DNA of 64,000 nucleotides, taken from positions 1 through 64,000 of IMG/VR virus record IMGVR_UViG_3300047546_001881, one strand, 5' to 3'. Position numbers and translations under genes: made by a program. Positions within the stretch are counted from its first letter, which is position 1. Each line of letters opens with the position of its first letter. The DNA is from a virus. The notes under the pieces are model-generated. The model was not told the origin of the DNA and searched no databases. It saw only the letters and a program-made list of their open reading frames with translations. Below are positions 35,799 to 44,963 of this stretch, one piece after another.

Positions 35799-37067
35799 AT
35801 GACAACGAACCCCTTTGTCCATTTACATCTCCATACTGAATACTCACTCTTAGATGGTATAAATAGAATAAATTACTTGCCTAAATATATTAAAAGTATT
35901 GGTCAAGAAGCAGTTGCCATGACAGATCATGGCAACGTTTCTGGTAGCTACTCTTTCTACAAGCAATGCAAGAAAGATGGCGTCAAACCAATCATAGGAA
36001 TGGAATCTTACTATACTGTACAAGATAGATCTGTTAAAGAAGTAGATGACTTAGGTGAGTCTTATTATCATCTTGTTTTGATTGCTCTTAATAACACTGG
36101 TCTTAAAAATCTATTTAAGCTTTCTTCTTTAGCTTACACTGAAGGTATGTATAGAAAGCCAAGAATAGATGATGCTCTGCTTGGCGACTTATCTGAAGGT
36201 CTCTGTGCGACTTCCTCTTGCCTAGGAAGTCGCGCTTCACAACTTATCCTAAATGGTAAAGCGTCAGAAGCTGAGAAGCTAATTCATCATCATGCAGCTT
36301 TATTTAATAAGAAGTTCTTAATTGAACTGCAGCTACATGAGATGGAAGATCAAAAGAAAGTTAATCAAGTACTATTAGATATAGCTAACAGAAATAACTA
36401 TCCAATCATTCTAACGAATGATTGTCACTACACTCATCCAGTAGATAAAGCTTTACATGAGATTGCTTTGTGTATGCAAACCAAAAGTACTCTTTCTGAT
36501 GAAAAGAGATTTACATTTGGAGATATAGACGTACACGTAGCAAGCCATGACTGGATGTGGCAAAGAGCTCAAGAAGCAGGAATACCTTACGATGCAATAA
36601 GTAACACTGCTGCTTTAGCAAATATGGTTAATAGTAAAGATTATTTCTCTGATAGAAAGAATAGATATCCTCAATTCAAAGACCTATATGAAGGCATGAA
36701 TAGTTCTGAACATTTAGAAATATTAGCTAAACAAAAGCTATATGAAAGGTTTGGTACTATGCCTCCCAAAGAGTACAGAGAAAGACTAGATTATGAGTTA
36801 AAAGTAATTAAGAAGATAGGCTTCTCTGATTATATGCTGATTGTTTGGGAATTTCTAAAAGGTGCAAGAGACTCTGGTGTAGAAGTTGGTCCAGGAAGAG
36901 GTAGTAGTGGCGGAAGCTTAGTAGCTTACGCCTTAGAAATAACTAACTTTGATCCAATTAAATACGGACTAGTGTTTGAGAGATTCCTGAATATCGGAAG
37001 AGCTGCTCAACCACTAATCTTTAATGATGAAATGTATGCTCAAGTAGAAGCTAATCTTAAAGACTAA
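35799..37067 (+). CDS. dnaE: DNA polymerase III alpha, N-terminal part (PHP + palm start)
   Basis: HLHLHTEYSLLDG, TDHG, TNDCHY, GPGRGS, FERFLN then stop. Confidence 0.92.
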   Translation: MTTNPFVHLHLHTEYSLLDGINRINYLPKYIKSIGQEAVAMTDHGNVSGSYSFYKQCKKDGVKPIIGMESYYTVQDRSVKEVDDLGESYYHLVLIALNNTGLKNLFKLSSLAYTEGMYRKPRIDDALLGDLSEGLCATSSCLGSRASQLILNGKASEAEKLIHHHAALFNKKFLIELQLHEMEDQKKVNQVLLDIANRNNYPIILTNDCHYTHPVDKALHEIALCMQTKSTLSDEKRFTFGDIDVHVASHDWMWQRAQEAGIPYDAISNTAALANMVNSKDYFSDRKNRYPQFKDLYEGMNSSEHLEILAKQKLYERFGTMPPKEYRERLDYELKVIKKIGFSDYMLIVWEFLKGARDSGVEVGPGRGSSGGSLVAYALEITNFDPIKYGLVFERFLNIGRAAQPLIFNDEMYAQVEANLKD

Positions 37068-38053
37068 GGTATTGGTTTAAAACCCAATACTAGATAAAAG
37101 CCTGAACCATTCATTCCTACGTTATTAGATGCAAGTGTTATCTTCCAGGTATTATTTGTAAGATACTGCTTGGAAGATAATACTGCACTAAGAGGAATAT
37201 TGGTAACGGTGTTAGCAGTTAAACTGTTCATATCAAAAGCTACAGGTAAGCTACTTACTCCAGCAGCTACATTTTGAATATCTAGCTGTAAGCTACCAAC
37301 AGTATTTACTACATCACAGTATATACCTGCAGAGACAAGTTCTGTTTTGAAAGGATACCAACCTATATATTCTATTGTAATTCCTGGTGCTTCTGGTAAT
37401 TCTATTCTTTCAACATTAACTGTCCAATTTTTAGTATCAGCCATTGTTGATACTAAAGTATCTAATGACTCTACAGATGGTAAATTAGATGCATTGCCTA
37501 TAAAGATGTTACCTTTATTAAGATTAGGTACATCATTAGTACGACCGGCGCCACCAATTTTGATAGAACCATTACTTGCATGAACCCTTTGTACTTTAGC
37601 TAAGTTTTGTACAAGAGAAGATTCACCAGCTGGCTTACTTGTCTGTAAGCCAGATGCACCTACATATAAACTATTATTTAAAGCCCATCCAGGAGTACTT
37701 GTATCAATATTATGTAGTGTTCCAAAAGTAACTACTTCTACATTGCTACCTAAACTAGCAGAGTTTCCGGCTACACCAAATGCAGGCATCTTAGCTGCGT
37801 TAGTACAATCAGCCTTACTTACAACAGGTTTACTTCCACTTACACCTGAAATGTAAACTGGATCTCCAAGTACAAGTGCTTCACCTGCATTAGCATTAAA
37901 GACAATTCTTTGTGCTTCTTCAGAAGCAATTACTGTACCGAAACTAAAGTTACCTGCTCCATCTGTAAGCAGAACTTCATCTGCAGCACCATCTGTTATT
38001 CCTAAATCAGTTAAAGTTCTAGGTATAAACTTACCATTCTCAATAATACTCAT
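37064..38053 (-). CDS. putative virion fibre/decoration protein inserted between the dnaE halves
   Basis: VLLTDGAGNFSF, AGEALVLGDPVYISG, LYVGASG, RTNDVPNL motifs of phage fibre/cement-like proteins; ATG at 38053 with AAGGTG RBS. Confidence 0.65.
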   Translation of the reverse strand: MSIIENGKFIPRTLTDLGITDGAADEVLLTDGAGNFSFGTVIASEEAQRIVFNANAGEALVLGDPVYISGVSGSKPVVSKADCTNAAKMPAFGVAGNSASLGSNVEVVTFGTLHNIDTSTPGWALNNSLYVGASGLQTSKPAGESSLVQNLAKVQRVHASNGSIKIGGAGRTNDVPNLNKGNIFIGNASNLPSVESLDTLVSTMADTKNWTVNVERIELPEAPGITIEYIGWYPFKTELVSAGIYCDVVNTVGSLQLDIQNVAAGVSSLPVAFDMNSLTANTVTNIPLSAVLSSKQYLTNNTWKITLASNNVGMNGSGFYLVLGFKPIP

Positions 38054-38074
38054 AACAACACCTTGGAATTTAAT

Positions 38075-40489
38075 ATGGAAGATATTAAAGCTTTCTATAT
38101 ACCTGAAAGATACAAACAAGTAGATGTAGACTTTCTTGAATTTGAAGAAGATATGATATCTTCTAAAGATAAAAGCATTATACTATCATTACTTAACAAG
38201 AGTTCAACTGGATTATCTAAAATGGATAATCCATATAATAGTATAATTTTATATCTTACTGGTCTTACAGATCAGTTCAATTTTGTTCAAGGAAGATCTG
38301 ATACTATCGGAGGCAGCCCTCCAGATGTTGATATAGATTTCGATGCATTAGAAAGAGAGAAAGCAATAGAGTGGGTCGTGCAAAAATGGGGACGAACTCA
38401 AGTTGCTAACATTATCACTCATGGTACTTTTAAGCCTAAGTCTTTAGTTAAGTCCTACTACAGAGTAACTGAAGGCTCTTCAAAAGATATGGGGGATCTT
38501 CTTAAAATGATCCCCCCAGCTAAGTTTGGTAAAGAATCTACAATTGAAGAGATTGTAACCAAAGAGCCAGAGTTTAAAAACTTCGAACCTTTTTATTCTT
38601 CTGCTACTAAGCTAGAAGATATGATTTCGAACTTTGGTATACATGCAGCAGGTATTGTCATCTCCGACTTCCCCATTTACGATGTAGTTCCTGTATGGAA
38701 GAATAGTAAAGCTGATTTCATCACTCAGTTTGACAAGAAGGAAGTAGAAGATTTAGGTCTTATTAAGTTTGACTTCTTATCTATTGATACCTTGTCGATT
38801 ATCAAAGAGTGCATAAGACTTATAAAAGAGAAAAGAAACCTTACAATTAATCCATGGCAGCTACCTGATGGAGATCCCAAAGCATATGCCGCTATGAATA
38901 GCGGCTACTTGACTGGATTGTTTCAAGTAGAAACTTCAGGTAAAGCAAAAGATCTAATACAGAGAATCAAGCCTCAAAGCATTCCTCATATTAGTGATAT
39001 CAGTGCACTGAATAGACCTGGACCAGCTCAAGCTGGTCTTGATGAACAATACATTACTAATAAGAACAATAACTGTCCACCTGAAGAACTTCCGAAAGTT
39101 GTTGCTGACTTACTTAAAGATACTTATTGGACTCTTGTTTATCAAGAACAAGTTATGGAGATCTTTTCTAAGTTAGCTGGCTTTACAATGAAAGAGTCAG
39201 ATGATATTCGAAGAGCAATGGGCAAGAAAGACAAAGATGTTCTATCTGCTTATGAAGAACAATTCATTCAAGGCTCTATTAAATTATCTGGACTAAAACA
39301 AGATTATGCTAAAACTCTTTGGGAAGAACTACTAGGTTTCGCAGACTATTGTTTTAATAAGAGTCATAGCGTAGCTTACTCAATAATCACTTATGCAACA
39401 GCATATTTGAAAGCGAACTATTCTACTGAATTCTTTTGTGCGCTAATGACTGTTAGATCCCAATCTTTACAACCTAAAGATTGGGCTTGCAAAGCTCCAG
39501 AATACATTAATGAAGCAAAGTACTTTGACGTAGAAATAAATCCACCATCAGTTAATGGCTCTGACTTAGAGTTTTCAATGAAAGATGGAGAGATTTATTT
39601 TGGTCTTAATGCAATTAGAGATGTAGGTGGTACTGCCGCCAAATCTATTGTAAAGACAAGAGGCCGGACTCCTTATAAAGATATCTTCGATTTCTTATTT
39701 AGAGTTAACGGAAACAAAGTAACAATTAAAACTTTTGTTAGCTTAATTAAATCTGGCGCTTTTGACAAAATGGGTTACATTAGAAGTGAACTCGTACTAA
39801 AGTCTCAATTACTTTATGATTACGTTAGAGATATACAAGAATATAATCTTAGATTAACTGAAATAAAAGAACGAGATGCTTATAACGAACAAGCAAATGC
39901 ATTGATTGAAAAAAGAGATAATCTAAGAAAAGAAGTAAAAGCAATAGAAAAGGAAATCAAGAAGTCTGGTACTACAGTTGCTTTGTCTGCAAGGTTTGAA
40001 GAAGCATCTTCTCAATTGACAGAAATAGAAGAGATGCAAATTAAAAGACTTCCAGCTCTTAAGATAAAAGAAGAACCAGTTAAACCAGAACTAGTTAGAA
40101 CTAAAAGTGTTCCTTTAGATTTGTCACAAATAATGGAGCAAGCTCATTATATTGGCTGTTATATTGGATCACATCCAGCAGCTATGATAGGCTCCGGTTA
40201 TGACAAGATAGAAGATTGTTATATTGGTCAAAGGCCAAGTCTTTGCGGTATTGTAAATAGCATTAAAGTAATCTCTACCAAGTCAGGACAGAAGATGGCC
40301 TTCTTGGAAATAGACGATTCTACTGCAACTGCTGAACTTACAATATTTGCAAGTCTCTGGACTAAACTATCTGCCTTGAATATTGTTCCTGGATGTTTGA
40401 TTTCTGATATTGAGTGCAAGGTGGAAAACGAAGACCCAATAAAACTTGTAGCTTTCAATTTAAAATTAGTTAGGAGCCCTAATGAGTAA
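38075..40489 (+). CDS. dnaE: DNA polymerase III alpha, C-terminal part (catalytic palm, fingers, OB)
   Basis: PDVDIDF, HAAG, GLIKFDFL, LVYQEQ, RRAMGKK, YCFNKSH, OB fold with GQKMAF. Confidence 0.92.
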   Translation: MEDIKAFYIPERYKQVDVDFLEFEEDMISSKDKSIILSLLNKSSTGLSKMDNPYNSIILYLTGLTDQFNFVQGRSDTIGGSPPDVDIDFDALEREKAIEWVVQKWGRTQVANIITHGTFKPKSLVKSYYRVTEGSSKDMGDLLKMIPPAKFGKESTIEEIVTKEPEFKNFEPFYSSATKLEDMISNFGIHAAGIVISDFPIYDVVPVWKNSKADFITQFDKKEVEDLGLIKFDFLSIDTLSIIKECIRLIKEKRNLTINPWQLPDGDPKAYAAMNSGYLTGLFQVETSGKAKDLIQRIKPQSIPHISDISALNRPGPAQAGLDEQYITNKNNNCPPEELPKVVADLLKDTYWTLVYQEQVMEIFSKLAGFTMKESDDIRRAMGKKDKDVLSAYEEQFIQGSIKLSGLKQDYAKTLWEELLGFADYCFNKSHSVAYSIITYATAYLKANYSTEFFCALMTVRSQSLQPKDWACKAPEYINEAKYFDVEINPPSVNGSDLEFSMKDGEIYFGLNAIRDVGGTAAKSIVKTRGRTPYKDIFDFLFRVNGNKVTIKTFVSLIKSGAFDKMGYIRSELVLKSQLLYDYVRDIQEYNLRLTEIKERDAYNEQANALIEKRDNLRKEVKAIEKEIKKSGTTVALSARFEEASSQLTEIEEMQIKRLPALKIKEEPVKPELVRTKSVPLDLSQIMEQAHYIGCYIGSHPAAMIGSGYDKIEDCYIGQRPSLCGIVNSIKVISTKSGQKMAFLEIDDSTATAELTIFASLWTKLSALNIVPGCLISDIECKVENEDPIKLVAFNLKLVRSPNE

Positions 40490-41558
40490 ATGGTCCCCAG
40501 AAGAAGAACATTTATTACGTCTTCTTATTAAAACAAATGACTATGATGAAATAGCAGAAGAGTTTGACAGAAGACATGCAAGGAGCCTACCAGGTCATCT
40601 AGTCAAAAGATCTACAGAAGCTATAAGAAAGAAATGTAATCGAGATTCAATTACATCAGTAACTGAATATGCTGATCCATATGCATCAAGATGGGAGCAA
40701 ATAAAGTTAATGCAGAAAGAGTATCTTATGGACTCTGAAGCTTTAACTACTGGTATCGTAGAGAATCCAAGCAGAAAGATACTTTGCTTAAGTGATATTC
40801 ACTTTCCATTTGCTTTAACAGATGAAATAGATAAAGCCATTAAGTTACATAAAGATGCAGATATCGTTGTTTTGAATGGAGACATTCTTGACGGTTATAT
40901 CTTCTCTACTTATTCGAAAGCTAAACGAATTGCAGCTCTTAAAGAGTACATGGCAGCCTTTGAGTTAGTTAAAAGACTCTCAGAGTCTTTTAATCTTGTT
41001 ATCATCGTAAGAGGTAACCATGACGATAGACCTGCTAGAACTTTAGCTAAGAAAGAGTTTGAGACAGAAGCCACTCAAGTACTTCGTCCAGACTTACTTG
41101 CCAGAATAGCTAATGGAGAAGCTTTAGATGAATCAGGAGATCTAATAGCAAAGTTAAATTTTGATAACGTTGTTTATCAAAAGTATGACTCTTGGTATGT
41201 GAGGGTAGGTAAAACTATCTTTGCTCATCCAGATGCTTACTATGGCGGTTGGCCCGGCCAAACCGCCGTTAAGCTTTGTGATTACTTCTCTAAGAGAATG
41301 GGTAGTGATGCTTTTGATTCAATAGTAGTAGGCCATACACATCGCTCTTATAAGGGTGTTGTTATGAACAAACTTCTAATAGAACAAGGAGCAATGGCTT
41401 CTCGTATGCCTTATCAGCATAGAGCAGACTTACAGTTTCCTCATGCAATGAATGGCTATGCAGTGATATATCAAGATGAAGAAGGTAATACAGACTTCAA
41501 CAAGAGTGTAGCTGTATTTCTTGGCAGTCAACTTCCACCTAAAAAGGCAATACTATGA
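40482..41558 (+). CDS. calcineurin-like metallophosphoesterase with N-terminal HTH/Myb-like segment
   Basis: SDIH, NGD, GNHD, GHTH; N-terminal KWSPEEE. Confidence 0.85.
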   Translation: MSKWSPEEEHLLRLLIKTNDYDEIAEEFDRRHARSLPGHLVKRSTEAIRKKCNRDSITSVTEYADPYASRWEQIKLMQKEYLMDSEALTTGIVENPSRKILCLSDIHFPFALTDEIDKAIKLHKDADIVVLNGDILDGYIFSTYSKAKRIAALKEYMAAFELVKRLSESFNLVIIVRGNHDDRPARTLAKKEFETEATQVLRPDLLARIANGEALDESGDLIAKLNFDNVVYQKYDSWYVRVGKTIFAHPDAYYGGWPGQTAVKLCDYFSKRMGSDAFDSIVVGHTHRSYKGVVMNKLLIEQGAMASRMPYQHRADLQFPHAMNGYAVIYQDEEGNTDFNKSVAVFLGSQLPPKKAIL

Positions 41559-41842
41559 CTACTAAACTAAATGATAAAGAACTAATCGAGACTCTTCGAA
41601 ACATATCAATGAAAGCTGACTTTGCTAATAGTCAAATTCTACATCTTGGCTTAATTGTAGAATACTATGCAGAAGTATTGACTGCTGCTGGAATAGACTT
41701 ACAGTTAGATAAGTATGAAGAGTGGGCTAAGAATAGATACGAAGAGATTAAACAGTTTAGTAAAACTGAATTAGGTACAGAGCTAGCCCAAGAGTTTAAA
41801 GAGCAGCTCTCTAAAATATCTGAAATTGATTTAATGGAGTAA
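41555..41842 (+). CDS. hypothetical protein
   Basis: 95-aa coupled ORF. Confidence 0.5.
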   Translation: MTTKLNDKELIETLRNISMKADFANSQILHLGLIVEYYAEVLTAAGIDLQLDKYEEWAKNRYEEIKQFSKTELGTELAQEFKEQLSKISEIDLME

Positions 41843-41845
41843 ATT

Positions 41846-42871
41846 TTGGCTTGGTCTTTTATCACTCATGTCACCGAACACTTAGCTAAACCTAAACTTG
41901 GAGAACAAAAGGAACCAACGCAGTGGCCTTCAGAAGCCACTGCAATAATTAAAAATGAGCACGGTGAAGAAGAAGTAGTTGGCAAATGTAGAAGACAAGC
42001 ATTCTTCAGATTGGTATTAGACTGGTACAATTACGATAATGAAAAGTATGGTTTCTATGCACCTTTGGTAGAAACCATACATAGGTTCTCTACTCCTACT
42101 GACCCGTATCTAAGATGGATATGGAAAGCAGGCGAGCTTTACGAAGAGATGCAGATTGATCTTGCTAAAAGGTCAGGAGTTTATATTGCAGATCAAGTAG
42201 CAATATACATTCCAAGTCATAGTGTCTCTGGAAAGATTGACCTTGTGACGGTCAATCCTTTCACTTCTAAGCTCAAGGCAGTTGAGTTCAAGTCAGTATA
42301 TGGCTTCAATGCTAACGCAGTTCTAGGCACTCCAGGAGACCGCAAAAACGGCTCTTTGGGCACACCTAAAGAAAGCCATTTGATGCAGATTGGTATTTAC
42401 GATTATTGGTATGCTTCCAAAGATGATAGATTCGAAGCTTCATCTTTAGTGTATGGTGCAAGAGATACTGGTCGTTACGCAGAATACGAGATTACAACTC
42501 CACTATGTGAAGATGGTTTACACCATATTGCTTATAGTGGAATCTCTCCTACTACGACTTCTACTACAATTACAGACATTACAATAGAAAATGTATTAGA
42601 AAACTATAAGTATGTCTCTGATTGTTTAAATGGTGGAATCGTTCCAAAGAGAGACTTTGAAGCTAACTACTCTGACGAGAAAATAGAAGCTCTCTATCAA
42701 AGAGGAGAGCTTGGCAAAATGGATGCTGCTCAACACGAGAAGAGAAAAGCTCAACTCGAAGAAGGCAAAACCAGAGTTGTTAAAAGAGTAGAAAAGGGAG
42801 ACTGGCAATGTCGCTTCTGCAACTTTAAGGATATTTGTTACGACTCAGAATTAAATCCAAAGGAGATCTAA
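41846..42871 (+). CDS. Cas4-like PD-(D/E)XK exonuclease
   Basis: CRR, GKID, EFKS, Q..Y, C-terminal CRFCNFKDIC. Confidence 0.8.
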   Translation: MAWSFITHVTEHLAKPKLGEQKEPTQWPSEATAIIKNEHGEEEVVGKCRRQAFFRLVLDWYNYDNEKYGFYAPLVETIHRFSTPTDPYLRWIWKAGELYEEMQIDLAKRSGVYIADQVAIYIPSHSVSGKIDLVTVNPFTSKLKAVEFKSVYGFNANAVLGTPGDRKNGSLGTPKESHLMQIGIYDYWYASKDDRFEASSLVYGARDTGRYAEYEITTPLCEDGLHHIAYSGISPTTTSTTITDITIENVLENYKYVSDCLNGGIVPKRDFEANYSDEKIEALYQRGELGKMDAAQHEKRKAQLEEGKTRVVKRVEKGDWQCRFCNFKDICYDSELNPKEI

Positions 42872-43097
42872 TGCCTGACAGCTACTTCTTTGTAAAAGTC
42901 TGGATTAATAAGAATCTTAATGTATTAGGCCCTTACATTCGTATTAAAGATGCAGCAGATATATTGGTTGATCATATAGAAACATTAGTAGTTTCTAAAT
43001 CAAATCATAGAAGCATAACTTACAAAGCAGAAATTCACGAAAGTATCTTAACTGATTCTGGTTGGGAAACAATTAATGTTCCAATCATGGAGAACGA

Positions 43098-44162
43098 ATG
43101 TTATTTGAAAACCAAAAGACCTTAACAATTAGGTCTAAGAATGATCAGCTGTTTTCAGATTATTTAACCACTAACGACGTAACTTTATATCCTGGTACTG
43201 GGGTACTAAATTCACGTTCAAAAGCAATTGTAGATCCATTTATATTCTCTGCTCCTATGGATACTGTTACTGGTTTAGCCTTAACAAAAGAAATGGTAAG
43301 ATTAAATCAGTTTCCAGTAGTTTGTAGATTTACTCAAAGCTGGGAAGATACTTTTGCTTGGTGGATAGGAAATGGTTGTCCATCAAATGTTTGGTTTGCT
43401 ATAGGCTTAAATGATTCTAAGCATTTAGATATTTTAGAAAAGAATGCTAGCTTAATTAATAAGATAAATCTCTGTGTAGATGTTGCTCATGGAGATAGCT
43501 TATATGTTTATGACTACATCAAGAAGCTAAGATCCCTTAGCTATGTTGATGGAATCATGTCAGGTAGCATATGCACTCCACAAGGAGCTCTTGCTAGCTT
43601 GTATAGCGGCTGCACTCATCTTCGTATTGGTGTAGGACCTGGAGCTGCTTGTACTACAAGACTAATGACAGGGTTTGGATTGCCAAATCTAACTGCAGTG
43701 TATTCAATTAATAGTGCACTTGAAGAAGTAGGTATGAGACAAGATGCTATCCTGATAGCTGATGGTGGTATTAAAAATCCTGGAGATGCAGTTAAATACA
43801 TTGCCGCTGGTGCTAATGCGGTTATGTTGGGTAATGAATTCAGCACAACTCATGAGTCTGATGGCTGGGAGCTTGATCCTAAGTTTGATAAGTTATTTAA
43901 AAACTATAGAGGTCAAGCTTCTGCCAGCTTTCAGAAAAGTATTCTTGGTAAGACATCTTCTTGCCCCGAAGGGGCAACAGGACCTCTAATTAAACCTACA
44001 TGTTCAGTTGAAGATGTAGTCTGTAAATACATTGGAGGCATGCAGTCTGCAATTAGTTATGCTGGATATACTTCTATGAGAGAGATGAATCCTTACAATG
44101 TTATCTTTAAAAGAATTACTGCATCAGGCTGGATTGAAGGAACGCCTCACGGAACTAAGTAA
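43098..44162 (+). CDS. IMP dehydrogenase / GMP reductase family
   Basis: SAPMDTV, DVAHG, GVGPGAACTTR, ADGGI, VMLG, YRGQAS; no CBS domains. Confidence 0.9.
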   Translation: MLFENQKTLTIRSKNDQLFSDYLTTNDVTLYPGTGVLNSRSKAIVDPFIFSAPMDTVTGLALTKEMVRLNQFPVVCRFTQSWEDTFAWWIGNGCPSNVWFAIGLNDSKHLDILEKNASLINKINLCVDVAHGDSLYVYDYIKKLRSLSYVDGIMSGSICTPQGALASLYSGCTHLRIGVGPGAACTTRLMTGFGLPNLTAVYSINSALEEVGMRQDAILIADGGIKNPGDAVKYIAAGANAVMLGNEFSTTHESDGWELDPKFDKLFKNYRGQASASFQKSILGKTSSCPEGATGPLIKPTCSVEDVVCKYIGGMQSAISYAGYTSMREMNPYNVIFKRITASGWIEGTPHGTK

Positions 44163-44961
44163 AGATAAAATCTTTTGTTTGGGTGACCCAATCATTGATT
44201 GTTACTCTGTAAAAGATAGCAGTGATATCAAGATATTTCCCGGAGGTGCTTTAAATGTTTTTGCAAACATTACAAGTATCTCTGGGAATGCTTATTATCT
44301 AGATCCTGTTTTAGATTTACTTGTAAACAGTTCTGAACTAGAACTGTTCTTTACTAATTTAGTTTCTGGAAGAACTGATTATGGTAAGTATTCAAAATCT
44401 TTGTTTCTACCAAGCAACACTTTAATTAAAATAAATTCAAAGTATAACAATTACCTTCCAGTAGATACTTATTTACTGGAAGATTTAAAAATAAAAACTC
44501 TAGTTCTTTCAGATTATTGTCGTGGTTCACTTTTAAGTTGTAGTAATTCGTTAACAGCAGATGTTGTTATTGTAGATAGTAAAAAGAGAAGTTTAGACTT
44601 AGATATAATAGGTTCTGGTATTAAGATATGGCACGCTACAGGTAAAGAATATACTGATTTCTGGGCTAAGAACTTTCATTATGTTTTTCATACTAATGGT
44701 TCAGAACCAGTTAAGATAATAAATGTTAAAGATAAAACAGTAATATTTACTCTTCCTGTTCCACAAACAAAAATAATTTCTACTTGTGGTGCAGGAGACA
44801 CTTTTGTAGCAGCAATTAGTGCTTACATTCATAAGCACTTTAATTCTAGTGAAGACAATTTCGAGTCTCTACTAAGAGAAGCAGGACTCTTTGCAATAGA
44901 GTGCTGCCAAGATGTTATATCACAGCCGTATACATCTATAACTAAACATACATTAGGGTAA
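44098..44961 (+). CDS. PfkB-family sugar kinase (HldE domain I-like)
   Basis: LGD.IID, PGGALNV, LSDY..G, VDSK, GAGDTF. Confidence 0.8.
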   Translation: MLSLKELLHQAGLKERLTELSKDKIFCLGDPIIDCYSVKDSSDIKIFPGGALNVFANITSISGNAYYLDPVLDLLVNSSELELFFTNLVSGRTDYGKYSKSLFLPSNTLIKINSKYNNYLPVDTYLLEDLKIKTLVLSDYCRGSLLSCSNSLTADVVIVDSKKRSLDLDIIGSGIKIWHATGKEYTDFWAKNFHYVFHTNGSEPVKIINVKDKTVIFTLPVPQTKIISTCGAGDTFVAAISAYIHKHFNSSEDNFESLLREAGLFAIECCQDVISQPYTSITKHTLG

Positions 44962-44963
44962 AA

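Noticed and set aside
37000-38330. Split intein or intron in dnaE
   Set aside because: No intein terminal residues at either junction, no homing endonuclease, and the gap is fully occupied by an opposite-strand ORF.
41846-42871. Cas4 as part of a CRISPR-Cas locus
   Set aside because: No other cas genes or array; stand-alone Cas4-like nucleases are common in phage replication modules.
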